This document shows positions 1-13,607 of a stretch of 64,000 nt of DNA, in pieces; position 1 is the stretch's first letter; each line of letters begins with the position of its first letter. The position numbers and the translations under genes are program-made. The notes below the pieces were generated by a model. The model was not told the origin of the DNA. It saw only the letters and a list, made by a program, of their open reading frames with translations, and made no database searches. Source of the stretch: Camelus ferus (taxonomy: Eukaryota); assembly GCF_009834535.1 (NCBI RefSeq), contig NC_045697.1, positions 4,900,001 to 4,964,000 of the forward strand, read 5' to 3'.

Positions 1-595
1 CCCCTGGGACAGGTTGATAGTTAACCTAGAGTAGGTGCTTAGAAACAGGACGCACATTCCTAAGTCAAGACTTGTGAATGGGTCACCAGCCTCAGGGGCA
101 CTAAGACTACTCAGGGAAGGATTCGTCACTGGGGACTAACAGAGCACAGAGGCCAGCAGGTCCGAATGATTATCAAACAGTATCTATTAACTACAAAGCC
201 CTTGATAACGGAGAAGTGATTCACAGCACCATCCTGGGCGGGTCAGCAAAGGAGCAGGAGAAACTGTGAGCACCCAAGATGGCCTCAGTCATGCTAACAG
301 CCACACAGGTCACAGGTTGCCCTGCAAAGCCACAGGAAAGTCTCCCCACGGCTCCTACAGAGCTCCTCACTTCGAGGAGCACTGCGTCCTGTGGGCCCTG
401 CCTCATCCATTATTTGCAAAGTAATCTGGGGAAGAAGAGGTAAAAGCTTCTTCTGGCTATAACTTTTGACGGATTTAAAAAATATTTATTGTAGATTAGA
501 TTTATGATCCTCTGTTATTTAAGTAGCTAGATGATCTGCTCATCGGGTCACTTTACAACAAAACTGGACTCATATAGACTCTGTTTTCACCCTAG

Positions 596-683
596 TTTGA
601 GAGAGGAGCAAGAGAGCAGTGTTGTGCTTGAAGACCTGCTGGAGAATATGGAGGCCGACACCTTTGTGACCCTGTACGGCCAG
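596..683 (+). CDS. EVC2: EVC2 (limbin) internal coding exon, 4th from last (human exon 19 equivalent)
   Basis: Acceptor ttttcaccctag|T, donor CAG|gtgaga. 88 nt (1 nt + 29 codons) reading LREEQESSVVLEDLLENMEADTFVTLYGQ, which matches recalled EVC2 and joins the next exon in frame. Confidence 0.93.
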
Positions 684-1655
684 GTGAGACCACGTTAGCC
701 ACGCCCTGGCTCCACCCCTTGCCAGCACGTCACTTTACCTTTTTCTCAGAGTCCACATTTCCTCACCTGCCGGACGGGGATGAAAACACGAATCTTGGGA
801 GCTGCCAAGCAGATGGGTGAAAACCCCGGCCCGGGGCCAGCACGTAGAGGACATTCGATCAGGGGTCACGGCAGCTGCAGTGACCACAATGATTATTGCC
901 CTTTCTTTTCTGTGATGGACAGGCACCCAAACCTTCTTCCCAGTCTTAAGTAAGTTTAATACAGAGAAGGATCCCCCAGGAACAAAGTTGGTCACTGAAA
1001 TCTGGGCCATGTAAAGGGGCCTATGAGATTGCACCCACCTTTCAACTTTTCTGTGTTGAGCCCGGAGGTTCTGGCTCATTCTTGGCCAGAGCTGCAGCAG
1101 CTCTCGCCTCCCTTCCCGAGGCCGAGCCCCAAGGCTGTGCTCACAGAGCCACATGCAGGACTACTTACCTACGTCTGCTACTAGCTGTGTTTTCTGTGCA
1201 TCCTAAGGTGGGCTTCCTGGTCTCTGTGAATCCCAGCAAACGTGATTTGTGACAGTGGCTTATGCTAATCACAAGCCATCTGAAGGTGGATGTCACTGAC
1301 CTTGCTTCAGTTCAATGACATCATCGTCACACTCTGTGATTCTTCCCAGCTTTCCTTCTTAGAGTTCCAGCCACCGTGTCTGTGTTCAGGTCAAGAAGGT
1401 ATAAGTAGACAGTAACCCTGCTGTCTTTCCTTTCCAAGGAAGTACATGCCCTGAAGTCCCTGAAGTAAATTCTTCTCGTGTCCCGAGGAGCCCTGGCCCG
1501 TGGACCCCCTGCCGCTGGTCAGGGCCTGCAAGACCAACACGTCCTCCTCAGTCTCCAAAAAGAGGGCCAGCAGGGAGCAGGGATGGGGGCGCCTTCAGGT
1601 GTCCAGCCAAGCAGAATCGGCCAGGCTGTCCACAGGCACACACAGCTTGCCACTT

Positions 1656-2238
1656 GTATTAACTTCTAGCAGAAGTATCAGCAGAAGCTGCTGTAATAAA
1701 TTACCACCCGAACACAAATATATTATCGTACGGCTCCGTAGGTCAGAAGTGTTACGTGGATTTTGCCAGACTAAAACCCAAGTGCTGGCAGGGTCGCACT
1801 CCTTCTAAGGCTCTGCGGAGAATCTGTTTCCTGCTCATTCAAGTAATTGGCAGAATTTGGTTCATTGTGGTTGTAGGACTAAGGTCCCCATCTCCTTGCT
1901 GGCTGTCAGCTGAGAGCTGTTCCCAGCTTCTAGAGGTGCTTGCATTTCTTGGCTCATGGCTCCCTTTCTTCATCTTCAAAGCCAACAAATTGCATCTCTC
2001 TGATGCTTCTTCCATTGTCATCACATCTCTCTCTGACCTACCACACTGGGAAACGTTCCCTGCTCTTGAGGACTCAAGTGATGATGAGGTTGGACACACT
2101 TAGATAATCTAGGGTAATCTCGGCTCAAGATCCTTACACTCAATCACCTCTACAGAAAGTCCCTTTGCCGTGGAAGACAACGTATTCACAGGTCCTGGGC
2201 ATGGACAGCTTGGAGACCCTTATTCTGCCAATCACACC
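1656..2238 (-). mobile_element. MLT1 (MaLR) solo LTR
   Basis: gctgctgtaataaattaccac...ttcttggctcatggctccctttcttcatcttcaaagcc...ttattctgccaatcaca. Confidence 0.75.
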
Positions 2239-3138
2239 AAACAGGAAGCCAAGATCAATGCCAGAAGTGTGCAGGTCACTGGTGAACCTAATGTGGCTCT
2301 TTCCTCTTTGACATGAGAGCTGATCTGGGCTTTCTAGATACTGGCAGCAAGGGAGCGCCTACCCAGGACGGGACCCAGGAGAGTACTTGCCCCTCATCTC
2401 ACCATCTGGCAGGTTCTCCCATAACCTCCTCACAAGCAGGTCACGCAGAGGGGAAATTATTGCTGCAGTTCACACTGAGGGGCCAGGTGGAGCTAGGATT
2501 GGAGCCACGTTCTTCCTCCCCCACATCTGCTACAGAATTACCTGAGCTCAAAACGGGATGGGGGAGGGAGCTGAAGTTTTCGGAACACCTGCTGTGCTCT
2601 GAGTGTCGTCCCAGCCCTTGTGTCTGTTATTCACTTACTCCTTGCAGAAAGCTGGGACCTGGGGACTATCTTTTCCATTTTAGGAACAGAGAAACCAAGG
2701 CGTGAGGGCACCAGGGCTCATCTCCGACCCTTGGAGCTCAGGATTCAGCCTGGAGTTGGTGACTACACAGGGTGTACTCTTCCTGCTCGGTTTCCCCGCC
2801 GAGCAGATAAGGCCCCTGGCCTGGGGCTCTGTGCGAACTGAGCCACCTCCCACCCTCACTTCGGTTACCCCTCTCTTTCTTCTTCATTACTAAGAGACTT
2901 GACAGATGGCCAAAGTGTCACACAGTGGAATTTCATCCAGGTTCATTTCTAGTTTGTTGGCTCTTTTAAACTGTGAACTCTGCTGAAGAATTGGTCCTAT
3001 AAAGATTAGATGCTGCTGGCGTGGAAGCCCTGGACCGCAGGGGCCAGTCAGGGGGTGGCGACTCTTCTCACCGCCCTGTGCCTTTTATAGTCCCCCCAGC
3101 AAAGTCTAGTCAAATGTATTTCTTTCTTTCCAGGCCCT

Positions 3139-3581
3139 GTGTATTACTGAGGGTTTTCTAGAGAAGCAGAACCACAAGGACTTGGGTGGGGGGTTGGAGA
3201 AAGAGAAGGGGGAGGGGGTGAGAGAGAGAGAGGTTTATTTTAAGGAATTAGCTCATGTGATTATGGAGACTGGCAAGTCCAAGAGGCTGGCAGGGTAGAC
3301 CAGCAGGCTGGAGACCTAGGGAAGAGCCAGTGTTGCAGTTTGAGTCCAAAGCCCCGCTACTGGCAGAATTCCCTCTGGCTCAGAGGTCAGTCTTTGTTCT
3401 ATACAGGCCTTCACCTGATTAGATGAGGCCCACCCACAATGTGGCGGGCAATCTGCTTTAAGCCCACTAATTCAAATGTTAATCTCATCCAAGAGCTCCT
3501 TCACTGAAATATCCAGAATGTCTGTCCAACTGTCTTGGCTCAGTGACCCAGACAAGTTGACATATAAAATTAACCATCACC
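3139..3581 (-). mobile_element. MLT2 (ERVL) solo LTR
   Basis: gagggttttctagagaagcagaacca...aaggaattagctcatgtgattatggagactggcaagtcc...aagttgacatataaaattaaccatcac. Confidence 0.8.
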
Positions 3582-5889
3582 CTCTATGTGGATTAGTCCT
3601 GTATTTTGCCTGTTTCTTTTTTGTATCAGGCAAAAGAATAACCAGGGAAGCCCAGTCCTCCCTCCCTCTCTTCCTGCTCCTCCTAATCTTTCTCATTCCT
3701 CCTCCACCTTCTTCTCTCTCTCTCCTTCTCTGTCTCCTGATTTATTTCTTGATGATTACAGTGCCTTAGGGACAACATAGTTTGAATTACAAAATTTGCA
3801 TGAAAGATACTTTCCACATTAGCATCCATGTCTTCATATTTATGCAACTTTGCCAGCTCCTTTTTTTGCATATTTATGACGATATCAAGATAACACTCTG
3901 AAAGCCTGCTCTGTGCTAGATACATCACACATCATCCTGGTTAATGCTCACTGTTGTTCTGGGGACCCTGGCGGTGGGGAGCGCCTCCCCCAGGCACTGC
4001 TGCACATCCATCAGCCTTTCTGTGATGGTGATGGTCCCAGCGGCAGCTGATATTAGCCCACTGATGACAAAAGACATGGAGGGGACCATGACTTGACAGA
4101 TGAAGAAACTGAGGGTCAGAGAGGTGATGTGACTTAACCAAGGTCCCAGTCAGTGGTGGAGCTGATTTTAAATCAACTTTTCTTCCTTTAAATGCTCTGC
4201 TTCATGAATAAAATGGGCAGGGTGCTCATTTAAAAATGAGTGGTACTAACTCAGCAAACGAGAAGCTTCCCTGTGCTGAGTTAGGGAGAGGCTGGACCCC
4301 CTCTGTGCTCCTCCCTGAACTCACCTCCTTTATTCCCTCAAGGCTCCAGCATGACTGTGGCCACTTGTAGACAATAGAGTGGAATTCTTTTTTAACCACA
4401 TAAGGTGTGACTTGGAGTCAGCTTAACTACAAAGACTCCGACATCCTCTGAAGAAGCTTTGTTCTTACGTAAATGTTTACTCTGTTCCTAGTAAGCGGCA
4501 AGGGCTACCCTAGGCACCGGGACTTGAGCAGCAAACAGAAAAGATGCAGTCCCCGCCCTCGGGAGCTGACATGCTAGTGGGAAGGGCAGGCAGTCAACAA
4601 CACAGATACATAGACTGAGCAGTGTTTTATGGGGATTATGATCTCATTTTTATAGTTATGCCCCTCCGTCCATCAGTCCATCTGTCTGTCTATCTGTCCA
4701 TCCATCCACCTACCATCTATCTGTCCATTCATCCATCCATCTATTTACATATATGCCTAGAAAGAGTCCTGGAATGTAGTGTGCCTAATTTTACTGATAA
4801 TTATTTCTGGATAATGGCACTTGGAATAATTACTTTAACATTAATCTTTGTGCTTTTCTGCATTGTTTGGATTCCTTAAAATAAGTAGTATTTCCTAAAA
4901 ATAAAGACAAGGATGAAATATGCCAAGATACACTCAGACGATGATAATCTTTGCCGAGTCCCATGGTGGTGAAGCAGAGCAGGAAAGAGGGACAGGCAGG
5001 GCCTGCTGGCAAGTGTGATCTTCCTGCCACCCTCCTCCGCGTGGACATCTGGTTCCCGTGTTCCTCTGTGATTCATTTCAGTCTCTAGAAATGGCTCCGG
5101 ATCTTTAAAGCAACGTGGTCCACACAGATGCTTTCTGTGTCACCGCCTTCGGGAAGACTTGACCCAGTGACATGGGCTGAGGATCATTGGTCAGTAAACT
5201 TCCGGGCTGGGAAGGCCATGGCCATGAGCCCGTGGCTCCCCACATTCACCGGGGGGAACCCCAGCTATGCAGGGTTAGCCTCTGCCTCAGGGAATCTGCA
5301 GGGTGTTTATGAAGTCAAGGTTTATCCATCATTTATTCGACACACATCTGTTGATCTCTTTCTCTGTACCAGGAACTGGGTCAAATGCTGGAGATAGAGG
5401 CATATGATACTGACCGCATCCTGAAACCTCACTGGAGACACACATAAGAAATTGTACCGTTGTAGTTGAGTTGATTAAAACCAATGAGAGATCAGAGGAG
5501 AGGCACTGTCCTAGCATGTGGGGTCAGGAAAGGCTTCCAGAAAAGCCAACACTCACACAGAAACCAGAAGAATGAGTTTGAAGAGAGCCAGGCAGAGCGC
5601 AGTGTGGGGAGGAGGGTGTTCCAGGCAGAAGGAAGCGCGTGGATGGTAAGGAAGGAGGTTTGGTACTTATAATACACCTTTCCCCAACACTTCACTAAAA
5701 ACATCGGTCAAGCTCATAAGCAGCGCCATGCTTCCAAATCCAGGGGTCAGGTCTCTGTCTTCTTCTTTTTTGACCTCTCTGGCACTTGGCCGGCCGCCCT
5801 CTTCTTGAGTATGTTCCTTGGCTTCTGATACCAGAGACACCTGGTCTCTCCCGGCCCCAGGTTGCCTGTGGCCAGGCCCCCCGTTGGAT

Positions 5890-6968
5890 GCTGCTCTGCG
5901 TCATGGCCTTTAGATGCTGGGGTCCTGAGGACTTGGTCCTTTACCTCCTTTCCTCTCAGCTACATTCACTCCCCTGCTGGCGCCATCAACATACCGGTCA
6001 CCATCTAACCCCGCCTCCAGACGCCTGCCCTGCACGTGAGACGACATCTCCACTAGGGCACCTGTGAAACACGTGACATAACCTGTCCAAACAGAGCTAC
6101 AAGTGACTGAGGGTTCTCTCCCCCAAACGTGCGCCACCCATCTCACCAAATGGCACCTCTGTTCACCCAGCAGCCCACGTGAGAGGTGGTGGCGTCATCC
6201 TCTATTCTCGTCTTTCAGTGAAGCTTGCTGGCTCTGCCGTCTTAGTGTCCCCCTCCCGTCACTTCCCACCACTCCCTCCGTCATTCTGGCTCAGGCTGCC
6301 AGCATCTCTTGCCCGAAATGCCTCCGTCCTGCTGCCTCTCTTTTTGCAGATGGTCCCCTGTCCCTGTGTCATCAGAGTAGTCTTTTAAAAATGAAAATCA
6401 GCTCATGGCATTCCTGCTGCTTAAAATCCTGCAGTGATTTCCCATCTCATCGTGAAGACAAGCCAAAATCTCGCTTAGTGAAAAGGTCCTGTATAATCTG
6501 ACCCCAAGCCACCCGTCCCACCTTATCCCCTGTCACTCTCCTTCTCACGCCGGCCACACAGGCCTCCTTTGCTCTCCATCAGGACGTGCCGAGTCATCCT
6601 CGCCTCAAGTCTTTGCTCTTGCCTCCTCTGCCTGGAAGGTTCTTCTCTTCCATGGGCGTGTGGCTCCTCACTTCATCCAAGTCCCTGCTTAGACGACACC
6701 TCTCAGAGGAGCCTTCCCTGGCTACCCATCTCAGACATCAGCCACCTCCACCCATCACCCTCTGGCTCTTTCTCTTGCCTTGTTCCCATCCTGACACCCA
6801 CGTACCGCTACCTGATAGAGCCTACCTGTAGGTTTACCATCTGTCTCACCTGTGAGCCTTGTGAAGGCAGGGACTTTGTGTCACTTACTGCTCTGTCTCC
6901 AGTGCCTGGAACAGGGTCTGGCCCCCAGTAGGACTCCATCATAGTGTTAATTGAGTGAATAAATGAAT
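5890..6968 (+). mobile_element. L2 3' portion
   Basis: gaaggcagggactttgt...ctccagtgcctggaacagggtctggc...agtagg...tgagtgaataaatgaatg is a typical L2 terminus. Confidence 0.75.
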
Positions 6969-6979
6969 GTGTCCTCATC

Positions 6980-7465
6980 ATTTGGCATAATGGCCCACCA
7001 AACAAGTCTGCATCCTAATTCCGGGAGCCTACGAATAGGACCTTTTATGGCAAAAGGGACTTTGCAGATGTGATCGTGGATTTTAAGATGGGGTATTAGC
7101 CTAGACGACTGCCGTGGGCCCTCAGTGTAGCCGCAAGCAGCCTTAAAGAAGGGAGCAGGAGGAGTCACAGTCTGAAGAGAAGGCCACGTGGCAATGGCAG
7201 ATGCAGGGACTGGAAGAAGCACTTTGAAGACAGGGAGGGGCCATAAGCCAAAGAACGCAGGTGGCAGTGAGAGGCTGGAGGTGCCCAGGAAATGGATTCT
7301 CCCTGGAGCCCCCAGAAGGAGCCAGCGTGGCTGACCCCTGGACTCTAGCCCAGTGCCACTGATTTCAGTCTTCCGGCCTCCACAGCTGCAGAACAAACGT
7401 GTGTTGTCTGAAGCCACTGCGTGTTTGTGGTGATGTGTTACAGCCGCAGCAGGAGGCTCATAGAA
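6980..7465 (+). mobile_element. MLT1C/D-like solo LTR
   Basis: ataatggccc...tatggcaaaagggactttgcagatgtgat...gattctccctggagcccccagaagga...gttacagccgcagcagga. Confidence 0.8.
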
Positions 7466-8054
7466 ATACCGTAACAAAAGCAACAACCAGCACTCGCTGA
7501 GTGGCCACGATTTGTTGAGCGCGGCGCCTCGGTGTCTTGTAAAGTCAGAATTCTTTTTAGGTGAAAGTAACAGAAATTCATTTCAAATGAGTCTGAGCAT
7601 AAAGGGAATGGATTGATGCCCTGATTGTTCTCCAAAAGAGCAGGGCTGAGCTCTAGGGGCCCAAGTGACAGAGGACACTTGGCGGGTCTCTGCTTCTCCG
7701 TCTCTCTCCTGTTGCTTTGTGTCCACTAGTAAGCTGCTTCCCCACAGGAAGGGACGTGGTAACTGGCAGCCTTGAGCTGATGGCCCTTCAGCATCCAGCT
7801 CTCCTGGCTTTGCTGTAAAAGTGCTTTCTGTGTTGTATCTTCCTAGCGTGGAACAGTTTTACACCCCCCAGTTCATTTTGTCCTTCAAAAACCCTTTGAC
7901 GCAGGTATTATTGTTACCCCATTTTACAGATGAGGAAGTTGAGGCACAGAGGAAAATAAAGGCACTACCCAGAGACACACAGTTCTGTGCAGCGGGGCTG
8001 GGAGCCAGCGCAGGTTTGGGGGAGTGGAGAGCCTGCACTCTCTTTTTCTAACCA

Positions 8055-8535
8055 TTAAAAAAAAAATACTTTTAGATTCACACGAAGTTGCAAAGCTAGC
8101 ATCGAGAGTTCCAGTGCCCCGATCCGTTTCATGGTTTCCCCCAGAGGTTGCATCTTACAGAACTCTTGTACAATATCCAAACCAGGAAGCTGACAGTGAT
8201 GTAAAATGTATGTACAGTTCAGTGTCATTTTATCACATGTCGTTTCATGTAACCGACACCACAGTTAAGATACAGAACTATTCAGTCGCCACAGAGATCT
8301 GCTTTGCTCCCCCTTGCTGGTTGTATCCACTCCCCGACTCCATTACCACCCTCCCCAATGTTGTCAGCTCTGGAATGTTATTCACATGGAATCCTACAGG
8401 GTGTGGCTGTGGACGCTGGCTTTTTTTGTGCAGTGTGATGCCCTAAGGATCCTCCAGTTCTTTCTTTTCATCACAGACAGGTGTCCCATTTCTTTAACTG
8501 TCCACGGGTTTAGGGACATTTCAGTTGTTTCCAGA
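8055..8535 (-). mobile_element. Old L1MC/MD-like 3' fragment
   Basis: tttagattcacacgaagttgcaaa...tacaatatccaaaccaggaagctgaca resembles the L1MC-type 3' consensus as recalled. Confidence 0.65.
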
Positions 8536-8871
8536 GCCTGTGCTGTGTCCCCTGAGCCCCATCGCCTCATGGAACATGAGTAGGAGGAGGGAAAATTACT
8601 AATCGGCCCTGCTGCAGGCCAGGTCTTTAGCTGTGACGAGTGAGTCGGAAGGGATGGGTGAAGGCTTTGAGATCACCATGGGAACCGAGGCTGCTGACCA
8701 ACTAGGGTTTTTTTGACAGCTCTGTGAATTTGGGAGCATGTTTTCAAGACCGAGCCACTAAAATATTTATCTCCCTGGGACAAAAAGTCCTAAGACCTTA
8801 ATCCCCGAAAACTTGTTGTCCATCAAGGTTAGAGCGGTGAGGCTCTGAGCTCCCTGTGTTAACCCCTCTAG

Positions 8872-9068
8872 GAGCTGAGACTGGCCTCCTACCTGTCGAA
8901 GCTGACGATGGTGCCGGGGGGCACGCTGCGCCGGCTCCTGAGCGTGGCTCTGCCCGCAGCCTCCCAGCCTGAGCTGCTGGCCGTGCTGGACTCCATCGGC
9001 CAGAAGCATCAGGACCACGTGGTGGAGAATGATGGCGGCGGGGTGCAGACCGACCTGGGCAGGAGGCG
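8872..9068 (+). CDS. EVC2: EVC2 coding exon, 3rd from last (exon 20 equivalent)
   Basis: Acceptor cccctctag|GAG, donor CG|gtgagt. 197 nt reading ELRLASYLSKLTMVPGGTLRRLLSVALPAASQPELLAVLDSIGQKHQDHVVENDGGGVQTDLGRR. Confidence 0.95.
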
Positions 9069-11643
9069 GTGAGTGCAGGGTCGGGCTGCCTCTGGAAAAC
9101 AGTGAGTGAGGTCCCATAAGGAGAACGGATGGGGGAGGGAGCAGGACCCCGAGGGCACAAGCACACGCCTTCCCAGGGGAACTTCGTTACAGCATCCAAG
9201 AGATGGCGCAGACAGCATCCAAGTCGCCATGAATCCGCTTTAAGTCTCAGTAGCCCAAGTATTTTGCCCACAGCTTCTCTTTTCATCACCAATTGATTCC
9301 TCCAGTGGACTTTTAAGAAAATAAGTGTCCCTGAGCTGTAAATATGCCATATGCGCACAACAAGTACATAAAGGAAAAAGAACACAGAGAAACAGCCATG
9401 GTTCTATCAGCTGGAGAAAACGGCTGTTAGCATTTTGTTACAGTTCTTCCTCCAGAATGTGTCTGCTGAGTGTGTGCTGCGTGCGTGTGTGTGTGTGTAG
9501 GAGTCCCAGTACATACAACCTGACAGCCTGCTTTTCAGAACCTCACAGCAGAAGCAAGTTTGCATGTTACCTTTCAGCTCTTTTTCATGTGTAAACGTCT
9601 ATCTCATTATCACACTATCTAGACTATATTTCAGCTGTTTTTATTAACAATTTAAAATTCATACTTTTGAAACATCTGCATAGATACTATTTTTAATGGC
9701 TGCCTGTTATTCCACTAGGTGTGTAGGATAGTGTATGTACCTGCTACCCTGTTACTGGACATTTAGTTGGGTTCATTTTTCCTCAATTACGGGTAATGCT
9801 GGAGAGATGCTTTCCTTAGGGTCAAGTTCCAGGTGTGAATTTGGGCAGTAAAGCCTCTTTGCAAAGAAAGGCAGGAAGTGGGGCTGTGGACAAGGTGGGT
9901 TTGGGGCAGCCAGCGGTACCACTTGAGAACAGATTTTGGCAGCGGGAGGGTTACCAGGACAGCCACGACCAGACCTGAAAGTGCAGAAGGCCGGGCAGTG
10001 AAGCCGGCGCCTCAGCCAGGATCCAGGGGAGGCTGGGGATGGGCGTCTCGGAGCCCAGGAGTCTGTTGAAACTGCGTGATTGCATCGATAAGTGTATATG
10101 TATGTTATTTTTCCTGACTCATAGGGGTCCCTGACTCAGAAAGGTCAGAAGCACTGCTGAGGGCTGAGAGTGGTCCGGGCTGGTGCAGGTGTGAGAGAGC
10201 TGGGTGAGGGCGTGGTCAGGGCAGGTGTGGGCGTGGTCAGGGGCAGCAGGGCGTGGTCAGGGTGGGTGTGGTTGGCGCTGGGTGTGGGTGTGGCCAGGGC
10301 TTTTGTGGGCAAGTCAGAGTTACAAGTCTCAGCCTGGTCTCTCCCAGTGCACAGTCAGGGAAGAACATGCTGAGGGCAGGTATTGGAGTTGACCCTGGAG
10401 CTGGAACATGTGTGGTCACAGGGAAGCCACCTGTGCCCGAGAGCCACTCATGGGGACCTTGTTTATGGAGTTCCCCTTTGTTCAGTTTAGTTTGGGAGGC
10501 TGGTGAGCCGGGATGGGCAGGCTGCTGGGGGACAGAGCAGGAGCACCCAGGTGGCTTGTCACCATGAGCATGACACTCCCTTTCTTTGCCCGACCGCATG
10601 GCCAAGTGGGCTGGATGACTTCTGGGTCCCAGGCCACTCGCCATAGTAACTGAGGGCACGGGCTGTCACTACTCTAGTGTCCCAAGTGCCTGGTGCCTGG
10701 TCACACCATCAGTCCAGGGTCTTGGGTTTCAAGCAGCAGAAACGACTGACTAAGCAAGAAAGGGTGAGTGAGGGGCCCGTCAGAATCCAGGAAAAGCTGG
10801 ACGCCGGGTCCCTGGACAGGCAGGACCGGGACAGGATGAGGGCCTTCCTCTCTGGGTGTGCCCTTCAGAGGACCAGCCTCCTTTGCCCAGGAGCTGGACT
10901 CCTAGGACAGAGAGCCTGGCCCAGCCTGTCTACCACCAGGCAAGGCAGAGTATGAACTTGGCCAGAGCTGGGCACAGACAGGACTCTCAGTCCCACTCTG
11001 TCTTACTGACTTGAGTCCAATCCTGTGAACATCTCCCCCCTCCCTCTCCACTAGGATGTCCCTTCTTCATTCTAGAATCACACTCCATCACGTGGCATTA
11101 GGGCTCCCTGCCTTGCCCACCTTCCAAGCTTCTACTGTGCTTCTTAACTTTCTTATTCTTATATTTGTAAAACACTTGCTGAGCTCCTTATATGCCACTG
11201 TCCTGGGCGCTAGTGTATGTGGGAGAGTGAGGGACAGTCCTGCCGCGCGGAGAGTCCCCTCCAGTGGGAGAGCTGGGCCATACACAAGCCAGCGCGTAAA
11301 GCCCATTCCTTCACGTAGGCTGCCTGCCCTCCCTCCGCTGGGACGCCGGGACTCAGTTCAAGTGTCCTCACATCTAGGGAGCCTTCCTCTATCTGACTGA
11401 TGTCACCTGGTACCTGTCGGGAACCCCTGGACTGGGGACCCCTTGCGGGCAGAGATATTGTCTTGACTAGGCTGCTAGATCAGTGTTTGTGGAGTGAGTG
11501 AGGGAACGAACAGTGAAAGGTCAGGGTTGGGGTTTCTCCTGTCACTGAGAAGAGAGAAGTCCCCTAGGGCTTTTTAGGATTACACATTGCTTGGAGATTC
11601 TATTCTTTTTGAAAATATAAGCACACTCCCTTCTCACCTTCAG

Positions 11644-11745
11644 GAAACACCAGGGCTGGTGGCAGGACTTGGAGAGCAAACTTCGAGGAGAACTGATAAG
11701 CAGAGGATTAGAAAAGATGCTCTGGGCTCAGGAGAGGAAGGAGCG
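11644..11745 (+). CDS. EVC2: EVC2 penultimate coding exon (exon 21 equivalent)
   Basis: Acceptor ctcaccttcag|G, donor CG|gtaagg. 102 nt, phase 2/2, reading (R)KHQGWWQDLESKLRGELISRGLEKMLWAQERKE(R). Confidence 0.95.
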
Positions 11746-13241
11746 GTAAGGAGGGCGTCTGCTCGGTGGGCTGGGAGGGGTCAGCCAGGCTGCCTGTGAG
11801 CCTGAGGGGAGGTGGGGGGGCCGCGAAGGGAGGGTTACTGCAAACTCACCAACGACACTCCTTCCCTAAGGACCACAATCTTTATTCAAAGCAGGCTTTG
11901 TTTAGAAGCTGAAGATAAGCCTCTGGCTGTCAGTGGGAGCAGATTCTCCTGATTTTTATTAGCATTTTAATTGCGGGATTTATTTTAACTAATGGCTCTT
12001 TTTAAATGGGCTCCCATTAGATGGAGAATAATTCTTTATAGATGTGCGGACTCCATAGCTGACAGAGCCATCTCCTGTCTCGCCGCATGGAGCCTCCCCG
12101 CTTTCCAGAAAGTGGGGAAGGTCCCACCGCCACTGTTCCCCAGCTCAGAGCAGCCCGAGGCAGAGGCCCAGCCTGCAGGCGGGAAGTCGTGGCCTTACGT
12201 CCCCGCTCTTGTCCCTCAGTTTCCTCTGCCAAGTGCCCTTCTCTGTTAGCTGTGGTTGCTGCACATCTGGAGAACAGAGGAAGGTGAGAGGCAGGGTGGC
12301 TTCAGCTCGCTACAAACACGAGACCAAGCAGCTCCCCCGTTTCCCCGTAGTGGGGACTTGGAGGAAGAGTCACATCAGGCAGATTGGGAATAGGTTAAAA
12401 AGTGATATCCAAAGGGTGCTCTGGACACAGCCGATGTCCAAGGGAAGTGTCTGATCCGAGTCCTGCCCCTTCCAAAGTGTCTCAGAGCTCCGGTGAAGGT
12501 GCTAAGACCAAACTTCTGAACCGTCCACGATTAAAGTCTAGGAGCCATTGATCACAGTAGGCTGGGAATCAGAATTTAGTCCCAGAGAAATTAGATGCGG
12601 TTGTTGAGCACAAAGCAAGACAGTGAAATTCAAGCCGTGTAAATGTGAAGCGCTCCACCGAGGAACGGAGGTCAGCTGCTCAGGGTGGAGGTGGGGACGC
12701 AAAGGCGGTCCTGGGCGCACAGGCATCAGCGGCGCGGGTACAGGCCAGGGGGGCGCTGGCCGCACCGTCCCGGTTCCCTGTGCTCCTGGCAGTGTCCTGC
12801 TCTCCCTCCAGGCCCTGTGGACGGATGGTGGGAGGAGGAGAGTCTGTGAATCCTTACTCAGATTCATACCCGCTGCAGGGGCAGGAGTCAGTGGTGGTGG
12901 CGGTGGAGCCTGACCCGCTACGTCTGTTCAGGAAGAGTCCACAAGCCCTCCAGTAGCCTCCGGCAGATCGGCCCCCAGTGACCTGGCCCCGTCCCGCACT
13001 GCTTGGGCAAACAACCCTGTGGCTTTCAGGCTGTCCAGGGCTCTCAGAGGGAGTCAGAGCCGTTAGCAAGTGCAGCCAGGATCTAGGGGCTGGACCGCTC
13101 ATGGGCAGGATCACGGCCGTCCTTTCTCGGGATATTTCCAAAGCCTGTCACTCTGTTCTATTTCCAACACGTTTTACCTAACTTCTGACTGGGCTTTATA
13201 ATCAGGTTCTATCCATCTGCTTTGAGTGGGAGGCCCACGGG

Positions 13242-13437
13242 CAGCAGTGTCATAGTAAATGTTTCACACTCGTCCAGGACGGTGGGGGAAGAGAGGAGCT
13301 CTGATCTGTAGCTCTTGCCAACTTCCATCATGTGAAACCCTCCCACCCTGGCTGGTTCCAAGCTGCTGACAGGTTCACAAAACTCTGGAAAAGTGAACAG
13401 TCCTGAGTCGGTGAGCGCTGTCTGCAGCACACCACAG
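13242..13437. mobile_element. MER63-like hAT relic in the last EVC2 intron
   Basis: gtaaatgtttcac...ccaacttccatcatgtgaaaccctcccaccctggctggttccaagctgc...cagcacaccac. Confidence 0.5.
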
Positions 13438-13607
13438 CCACAGGCTTCAGCTCATCCCGGGGCAACCAAAGGGAAGAACCTTTATTTAAAATGACACTTG
13501 ACTGAGGACCTAGGGACCCAAAGGGGTTTTCCTTGAGGAAGTTTTTGGGACACTCGGTAGGGTCAGTTGCCAAAAATGTCGAATCTGATCTTCTGTTCTT
13601 TCTTTAG

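Noticed and set aside
8869..8874. NAGNAG tandem acceptor (TAGGAG) in EVC2
   Set aside because: A distal GAG acceptor is rarely used and there is no supporting evidence.
8767..9385. Minus-strand ORFs of 116 and 195 aa
   Set aside because: Antisense shadows of the GC-rich EVC2 exon at 8872-9068.
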